A DNA stretch of 64,000 nucleotides from positions 496,930 to 560,929 of the forward strand of contig CAUOWK010000001.1 in assembly GCA_963508315.1 (NCBI GenBank). The letters run 5' to 3'. This stretch comes from an uncultured Sphingorhabdus sp. Lineage in GTDB: Bacteria; Pseudomonadota; Alphaproteobacteria; Sphingomonadales; Sphingomonadaceae. Below the pieces are notes generated by a model. That model saw only the letters and a list, made by a program, of their open reading frames with translations. It searched no databases and was not told the origin of the DNA. Below are positions 58,112-64,000 of the stretch, one piece after another (the first letter of the stretch is position 1; every line of letters starts with the position of its first letter). The position numbers were made by a program, and so were the translations under genes.

Positions 58112-59296
58112 ATGAACTACGAAACAACTTTGAGCGGAACGCTGGATGGTGACTTACTGGAAGAAAACCGGGATCGTAATCGCAAGCGGATAAACATCGC
58201 GCTGGTTGTCGTCGCCATATTGGTGGTCATTGGCGCGGCCTATTATTTCATGGGCGGCAGCAGCGATTCTGCGCCGGCCGGTGCGGGTGCAGATAAGGAC
58301 GCGCAGGCACAGACCGTAACCGTCGTTGCCCCCGGCCGCGACACCGTTGTGCGCGCAATTAACGCCACCGGCACATTGGCTGCCCGCCGCGACATACCCG
58401 TTGGCGTCGTTGGCGAAGGTGGCCGCGTGCTGAACGTCTATGTCGATGCCGGTGACTGGGTGCGTCAGGGCCAAGTAATGGTCAGCGTTGACCGCTCGGT
58501 GCAGACACAGCAGGCCGCTGCGCTTGAGGCGCAGATTGGCGTCGCGCGTGCTGACCTGCAACTCGCACAAAACGAACTTGACCGCGCACTTCAGCTTGTT
58601 GAACGCGGATTTATTTCCAAGGCTGATGTTGATCGCAAAACTGCGACGCGCGATTCAGCGCGTGCCCGCGTTAATGTTGCCAATGCGCAATTGGGTGAAA
58701 CCCGCGCGCGCAACGCACGCCTTGATGTCCGCGCCCCTGTTTCCGGATATGTGCTGGAGCGTGCCGTTGAAACCGGCCAAACGGTTTCCGCCGGCAGTGG
58801 CATGTTGTTCCGTATCGCCAAAGATGGCGAGCTAGAGCTTCAGGCACAATTGAGCGAAGATGATCTGGCGCAAGTGTCGGTTGGCGTTCCTGCATCTGTA
58901 ACGCCCGTTGGCACTGACCGCGTATTTAACGGCAACATCTGGCAGATTTCGCCCATCATCAACGCGCAAAACCGTCAGGGTATCGCCCGTATTTCCTTGC
59001 CCTTCGACAAGGCGCTTCGTCCCGGCGGCTTTGCTTCGGTTGAAATCAAGGCTGGTGCAATGACTGCACCTGTATTGCCTGAATCGGCCGTACAAACCGG
59101 TCGTGAAGGCAGCTTTGTCTATATCGTTGGCAAGGACAACAAGGTGAAGCAGCGTCCAGTCAAGGTTGGCTCGGTGACAGCCAATGGCCTGATCATTCAG
59201 GAAGGCCTCGATGGCACCGAACGCGTTGTTCTCTATGCCGGCGGTTTCCTCAACCCAGACGAGACGATCAAACCCAAGCTGTTGAAGAAGCAGTAA
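58112..59296 (+). CDS. RND efflux periplasmic adaptor (MFP)
   Basis: N-terminal TM helix; VDAGDWVRQGQ lipoyl-like motif; coiled coil; VRAPVSG; LRPGGF. Confidence 0.92.
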   Translation: MNYETTLSGTLDGDLLEENRDRNRKRINIALVVVAILVVIGAAYYFMGGSSDSAPAGAGADKDAQAQTVTVVAPGRDTVVRAINATGTLAARRDIPVGVVGEGGRVLNVYVDAGDWVRQGQVMVSVDRSVQTQQAAALEAQIGVARADLQLAQNELDRALQLVERGFISKADVDRKTATRDSARARVNVANAQLGETRARNARLDVRAPVSGYVLERAVETGQTVSAGSGMLFRIAKDGELELQAQLSEDDLAQVSVGVPASVTPVGTDRVFNGNIWQISPIINAQNRQGIARISLPFDKALRPGGFASVEIKAGAMTAPVLPESAVQTGREGSFVYIVGKDNKVKQRPVKVGSVTANGLIIQEGLDGTERVVLYAGGFLNPDETIKPKLLKKQ

Positions 59297-59323
59297 CGTT
59301 TTGGGCCATTCGGGATATATATC

Positions 59324-62300
59324 ATGAATTTCAACAACATTTCCGCATGGTCCATCCGTAACCCGGTGGTGCCGATCGTCCTGTTCATCGCGCTCACCAT
59401 CGCGGGCGTGATGTCGTTCATGAATATGGACGTGCAGAACGATCCCGACATCGAATTTCCGGTAGTCGTTGTCTCTATTTCGCAACCGGGCGCGGCCCCA
59501 TCCGAAATTACGACGCAAATCACACAGAAGGTGGAATCGGCCATTCGCAGTGTCCAGGGCGTCCGCAACATCGACGCGTCCTCGAGCGAAGGAAATACCA
59601 CCGTCAGCGCCGAATTTGAAATCGGCGACGATATCAACGCCGCGGTCAGCGAAGTGAAAAACGCCGTCGACCAGATTCGAAGCGATTTGCCCGACGGCAT
59701 ATTGGAACCGCAAATTTTCAAGGTCGCCACCTCCAGCGACCCAATCGCCTATTTCGCGGTCGAAGCCAGCGACATGACACTTGAGCAACTGAGCTGGTTT
59801 GTCGATGACACCGTCGCGCGCCGGTTGCTTGCCGTTGAAGGCATGGCGTCGGTCAGCCGAAATGGCGGCGTAAACCGCGAAATCCGCGTTGTTCTTGACC
59901 CAGCCAAAATGCAGTCGCTGGGCGTCAGCGCCAGCCAGATTAACGCCGTGCTGCGTCAGCAAAATATCAACGCTTCGGGCGGACAGTCGCAGATCGCAGG
60001 TTCGCGCCAGTCGGTGCGCGTTCTGGGCAACGCGACCGACGCTTATGCGCTGGGCCAGACTCAAATCAGCCTTGGCGGCGGCCGTTCAATCAAGCTGTCC
60101 GACGTTGCCGAGGTAACCGACGGTTTCAGTGAACAGCGTGCGATGGCCTTTGCCGGCGGTAAGCAAGTTGTCACCTTCGGCATGTCACGCGCCAAGGGCG
60201 CATCCGACGTGACCGTATTCGATGACGCGATGGTCAAAATTGCGGAAATCGAAAAGGAAAATCCCGGCGTTAACTTCATCACGCTCTTCAACAGCGTCGA
60301 TTACACCAAGGGCCAGTATAAGAGCTCAATGGCTGCCATGATTGAGGGCGCGTTGCTCGCTATCGTTGTGGTTTTCCTGTTTCTGCGCGACTGGCGCGCG
60401 ACGATCATCTCCGCAATCGCCATTCCGCTTTCGGCAATTCCGACTTTCTGGTTCCTCGATTTGCTTGGCTTCACGCTCAACACAATGTCGTTGCTCGCAT
60501 TGGGACTGGTTGCAGGTGTGCTGGTCGATGACGCCATTGTGGAAATCGAGAATATTGTCCGGCATATGCGTATGGGCAAATCCGCCTATCAGGCATCGAT
60601 TGATGCCGCCGATGAAATAGGACTTGCGGTTGTCGCGACCACCTTCTCGATTGTTGCTGTGTTCTTGCCCGTTGGCTTGATGCCGGGTGTGGCGGGGCAA
60701 TTCTTCAAGAATTTCGGCCTAACTGTTGTCGCCTCGGTCCTGATGAGCCTTGCTGTGGCGCGTATGATTACGCCGATGATTGCGGCCTATTTCCTGAAAT
60801 CCAGCGGCATCCCTGAACATGCAGAAGCGAACTGGATCGATCGCTACATGAAAATTCTGCGCTGGTCGCTCGGCCATCGCCGTTGGATGATGGGCATCGG
60901 CGCGGTATCGCTGGTGCTGACCGTTGTTCTTCTTGTCGTTCTGCCAAAACAGTTCTTCCCCGACGGCAACACCGATTTCAGCCGCGTCCGCATCGAAATG
61001 GTGCCGGGAACTACGCTTGAGCGTACCCGCGAAGTAGCCAATGAGGCTGCTGCGATTATCGAAAAACAGCCTGAGGTCCAAACAGCCTTGCAAAGTGTCC
61101 GTGAGGGCAGCGCCAGCATGTTCATCACCTTGAAAGAGGACCGCTCGCGTACCAGCCAAGAGTTTGAGGAAGACCTCACGCCGCTGCTGACCAATATCGC
61201 CGATGCGCGCGTCACGTTCCAGGCCAATGGCCCGGGCGGCGGTGGCTCCGGTCGTGATGTCTCCGTCATGCTGTCGGGTTCGGACCCGAAGAAACTGGAC
61301 CAGACCGCAGCAACGCTTGTCGAGCAAATGAAGACCGTTCCCGAATTGCGCGCGCCGCGAATTTCGGCTGACTTGCAACGGCCTGAGCTCATCATCACCC
61401 CGCGCACCGACTTGGCCTCACAACTGGGTGTGTCGACCGTTGCGCTTAGCCAGACCATCCGCATCGCGACCTTGGGTGATATCGACCAGAACAGCGCGAA
61501 ATTCTCGCTGTCCGATCGCCAGATCCCGATCCGCGTGATGCTGGCCAAGGAATCGCGTGAAAACCTTGATGTCATCCGCAACCTGCCAGTGCCTTTGGCA
61601 ACCGGCGGATCAGTGCCGCTGTCGCGTGTTGCCGATATCAGCTTCGGCGCTGGTCCGACATCTGTCCAACGCCGTAACCAGAATTTCCGCATCTTCATTG
61701 GTGCGGATTTCGCACCTGGTGTCGTGTCGTCAGACGCGGACAAGAAAATCAACGAGCTTCCCATCATGAAAAATCTGCCCACCGGCGTGTCACGCGCGCC
61801 ATTCGGCAGTCAAGAATGGGAACAGGAAATGCAACGCGACTTCTTGGTCGCTCTGGTGTCCGGAACCTTGCTCGTCTTTGCCGTGCTGGTGCTTCTCTAT
61901 CACCGCTTCATGTCGCCATTGGTGAACATGGGGTCACTCTTGCTCGCACCATTGGGCGGCTTGGTCGCACTTGCACTGGTGGGACAACCGATATCGATGC
62001 CGGTGTTCATTGGGGTATTGATGCTATTCGGAATTGTTGCGAAAAACTCCATCCTGCTCATCGACTTTGCGATTGAGGAAATGGCACGCGGTGTGCCCAA
62101 ATTCCAAGCGATTATGGAAGCCGGGCATAAACGCGCGCAGCCAATCGTCATGACCACCGTCGCAATGACCGCGGGCATGGTGCCAACGGCGCTGTCGTTG
62201 GGCGGTGATGGCCAGTGGCGCTCCCCCATGGGCACCGTCGTGATTGGCGGCCTGATCGTCTCCACCTTGCTCACCTTGCTCATTGTTCCGGCTGGCTTCA

Positions 62301-62461
62301 GCCTTGCCGATGGCTTTGAAAAGCGCGTTGGACCATGGCTCCGCACACGCTTGCTGACCTATGATCCCGACAAGCACGGCGAACATCTGAACGCCCCTGA
62401 TGCCCCTTCGGGCAAACCGGCGGGCAAAGGTGACCTTGGCGGGCTTCAGCCGGCGGAGTGA
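59324..62461 (+). CDS. RND efflux permease (AcrB/AcrD/AcrF family)
   Basis: VLVDDAIVEIEN, IVAKNSILLIDF and RAQPIVMTT proton-relay motifs. Confidence 0.95.
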   Translation: MNFNNISAWSIRNPVVPIVLFIALTIAGVMSFMNMDVQNDPDIEFPVVVVSISQPGAAPSEITTQITQKVESAIRSVQGVRNIDASSSEGNTTVSAEFEIGDDINAAVSEVKNAVDQIRSDLPDGILEPQIFKVATSSDPIAYFAVEASDMTLEQLSWFVDDTVARRLLAVEGMASVSRNGGVNREIRVVLDPAKMQSLGVSASQINAVLRQQNINASGGQSQIAGSRQSVRVLGNATDAYALGQTQISLGGGRSIKLSDVAEVTDGFSEQRAMAFAGGKQVVTFGMSRAKGASDVTVFDDAMVKIAEIEKENPGVNFITLFNSVDYTKGQYKSSMAAMIEGALLAIVVVFLFLRDWRATIISAIAIPLSAIPTFWFLDLLGFTLNTMSLLALGLVAGVLVDDAIVEIENIVRHMRMGKSAYQASIDAADEIGLAVVATTFSIVAVFLPVGLMPGVAGQFFKNFGLTVVASVLMSLAVARMITPMIAAYFLKSSGIPEHAEANWIDRYMKILRWSLGHRRWMMGIGAVSLVLTVVLLVVLPKQFFPDGNTDFSRVRIEMVPGTTLERTREVANEAAAIIEKQPEVQTALQSVREGSASMFITLKEDRSRTSQEFEEDLTPLLTNIADARVTFQANGPGGGGSGRDVSVMLSGSDPKKLDQTAATLVEQMKTVPELRAPRISADLQRPELIITPRTDLASQLGVSTVALSQTIRIATLGDIDQNSAKFSLSDRQIPIRVMLAKESRENLDVIRNLPVPLATGGSVPLSRVADISFGAGPTSVQRRNQNFRIFIGADFAPGVVSSDADKKINELPIMKNLPTGVSRAPFGSQEWEQEMQRDFLVALVSGTLLVFAVLVLLYHRFMSPLVNMGSLLLAPLGGLVALALVGQPISMPVFIGVLMLFGIVAKNSILLIDFAIEEMARGVPKFQAIMEAGHKRAQPIVMTTVAMTAGMVPTALSLGGDGQWRSPMGTVVIGGLIVSTLLTLLIVPAGFSLADGFEKRVGPWLRTRLLTYDPDKHGEHLNAPDAPSGKPAGKGDLGGLQPAE

Positions 62462-62543
62462 ATTTCGCTTTCCGTCTTCGGTCCGGCCAATTTTTCGAAC
62501 GAGGACGGGTGGAAATCACTGCAATCTGCGCTAAGGCTGTGAT

Positions 62544-63824
62544 GTGAAATCAGCCAACCAACTGGGTCAGTCTGAAAAGACCAAATATGCCGAGCGCGAT
62601 GCCGAGCTGCGCCAGATGCGGATTATCGCCACCGCGCTGTTGGTGTGCATGGCCCTGTTGTTCGTCTTCGGCAAATATATGGAGACGCGCTACGAAGGCT
62701 ATTGGGGCTTTCTGCGCGCTTTTGCAGAGGCTGGCATGGTTGGCGGGCTAGCCGACTGGTTCGCGGTTACCGCATTGTTCCGCCACCCGCTGGGCATACC
62801 CATTCCGCACACCGCCATCATTCCAAATAACAAGGAACGCCTTGGCCGCACACTCGCCAGTTTTCTGCGGACCAATTTTCTGACCACAAAAGTCGTTGCG
62901 CGCCGGGTGCAGCGTATGGACGTCGCCGGTGCCATGGGCAAATTCCTGAGCGCTCCGGCTGGCGGTGAAGGCCGCATGCGTATGGGCGCGTCACGGTTGA
63001 TGGGGGACATCATCGCGGCGCTGGACGACGAACGGTTGGGCGGCATTGCCAAGGGTGCCATTCGCACGCAGTTGGACAAGCTCGACATCGCGCCTTTGCT
63101 TGGCCAATTGCTGACCGCGATGATCCGCGAGCGCCGCCATATTCCCGTGCTGGATGGCATCATCAAATGGTCCTCGGCCACGCTGGAGGCCAACGAGCAT
63201 CTCATCCGCGAAATGGTGGAGGAACGCGCGAACACCATCATGCGCTGGACCGGGTTGGACGACAAGCTTGCCAACGCCATCGTCAACGGCCTAAACAAAT
63301 TGCTCCACGAAATGGCGCAAGACCCTGACCATCCCTTGCGCGAAAAGGGTGAGGAGGGCCTTGCCAGCCTTGCGCATGACTTGCGGCATGACAAGGAGTT
63401 GCAGGCCAAGGTCGCGCATTGGAAGGGCCAGTTGCTGGAAAATCCCGCGATGGGCAAATGGATCAACAGCCTGTGGGACCAAGGCCGCGATGGCCTGTTA
63501 AAGGCGGCGCGCAATCCCGACGCCGCGCTCGCGGGCAGTTTTGGCGACGCACTCATCAAGCTGGGGGGAACGTTGCAAGACGACCCCAAACTGAAGCACC
63601 AGATCAACCGCTTCGCCCGCCGTGCCATTGTTGGTACAACCGAAAATTACGGAGACAATATCGTGACCTTGGTGTCCGACACCGTCGCCCGCTGGGACGC
63701 GAGCACCATCACCGACCGCGTGGAAAACGCAGTGGGCAGCGACCTACAATTCATCCGCATCAACGGCACCCTTGTCGGCGGCATGGCCGGCATCGTCATT
63801 CACAGCGTGGGCTTGCTGATTTAG
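62544..63824 (+). CDS. DUF445 (YjiN-like) membrane protein
   Basis: AFAEAGMVGGLADWFAVTALFRHPLGIPIPHTAIIP; DLQFIRINGTLVGG. Confidence 0.92.
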   Translation: MKSANQLGQSEKTKYAERDAELRQMRIIATALLVCMALLFVFGKYMETRYEGYWGFLRAFAEAGMVGGLADWFAVTALFRHPLGIPIPHTAIIPNNKERLGRTLASFLRTNFLTTKVVARRVQRMDVAGAMGKFLSAPAGGEGRMRMGASRLMGDIIAALDDERLGGIAKGAIRTQLDKLDIAPLLGQLLTAMIRERRHIPVLDGIIKWSSATLEANEHLIREMVEERANTIMRWTGLDDKLANAIVNGLNKLLHEMAQDPDHPLREKGEEGLASLAHDLRHDKELQAKVAHWKGQLLENPAMGKWINSLWDQGRDGLLKAARNPDAALAGSFGDALIKLGGTLQDDPKLKHQINRFARRAIVGTTENYGDNIVTLVSDTVARWDASTITDRVENAVGSDLQFIRINGTLVGGMAGIVIHSVGLLI

Positions 63825-64000
63825 ACTGACGGTAGCGCCTTTATCATCCGCTCGGTCGCCTCGGCGGCTTGGCGGGCGGCGCGTTTTAGGTTGCTTTGGA
63901 AATCGCCTGCGCTGTCGCCATTGGCGTTGTCGCTTGTTGCCTTAATCGCGGCCCAGGGCACGTCCATGCGTAACGCGGCTTGGGCAACAGCGGCGGTTTC
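63821..64000 (-). CDS. 3' end of an MTA/SAH nucleosidase / PNP-family protein (partial)
   Basis: Manual translation ETAAVAQAALRMDVPWAAIKATSDNANGDSAGDFQSNLKRAARQAAEATERMIKALPSV* matches the (M)ExAAVAQ..VP....SD motif. Confidence 0.7.
   Translation of the reverse strand, partial: ETAAVAQAALRMDVPWAAIKATSDNANGDSAGDFQSNLKRAARQAAEATERMIKALPSV

Noticed and set aside
1-64000. CRISPR array, cas genes, retron/DGR reverse transcriptase, IS transposase
   Set aside because: No regularly spaced repeat-spacer array, no YxDD reverse-transcriptase motif and no DDE/HUH transposase recognised in the ORF track.

Overview
Alphaproteobacterial chromosomal window, most likely a sphingomonad (inferred from gene content: sciP next to mnmA, CGTC/dRS3-like palindromes, long ParB/DUF736/ArdC module). 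Bases 1-25808 are the right-hand part of a large integrated element (ICE/genomic island). It ends at a 19-nt tRNA-Pro-like 3' fragment (25790-25808) beside a tyrosine integrase (24369-25664). From left to right the element carries: (i) an arsenic operon (arsR, two unrelated arsC genes, partial arsH); (ii) a plasmid/ICE leading-region module (ArdC, 69-aa ORF, DUF2958-like, ParB-like, DUF736) with hairpin-rich leaders; (iii) a probable defence island with a 1246-aa uncharacterised protein ending in a PD-(D/E)XK/NERD-like nuclease, an Apea-like HEPN protein, an MmeI-like type IIL restriction-modification enzyme and a Fic protein; (iv) a 6.7-kb LysR/TDT-transporter/SorAB-like plus YncE/DUF305 cassette. 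The cassette lies between two different tRNA-Leu 3' halves, each followed by the same 10-mer and paired TGTGTAA repeats (att scars). Right of 25808 is host chromosome: an orphan GH108 muramidase plus holin, signalling and stress genes, a serine-protease autotransporter, TelA and its partner, tesA/ybbA/ybbP-like genes, typA, an OMP, a HI0933-family flavoprotein, a serine hydrolase, mnmA, sciP, an RND pair, DUF445 and a partial MTA/SAH nucleosidase. The best candidates for undescribed biology are the 1246-aa nuclease-tailed protein and its neighbours, the att-scar-delimited cassette accretion, and the putative sulfite-response cassette. All family assignments come from motif recognition by eye; no database searches were run.
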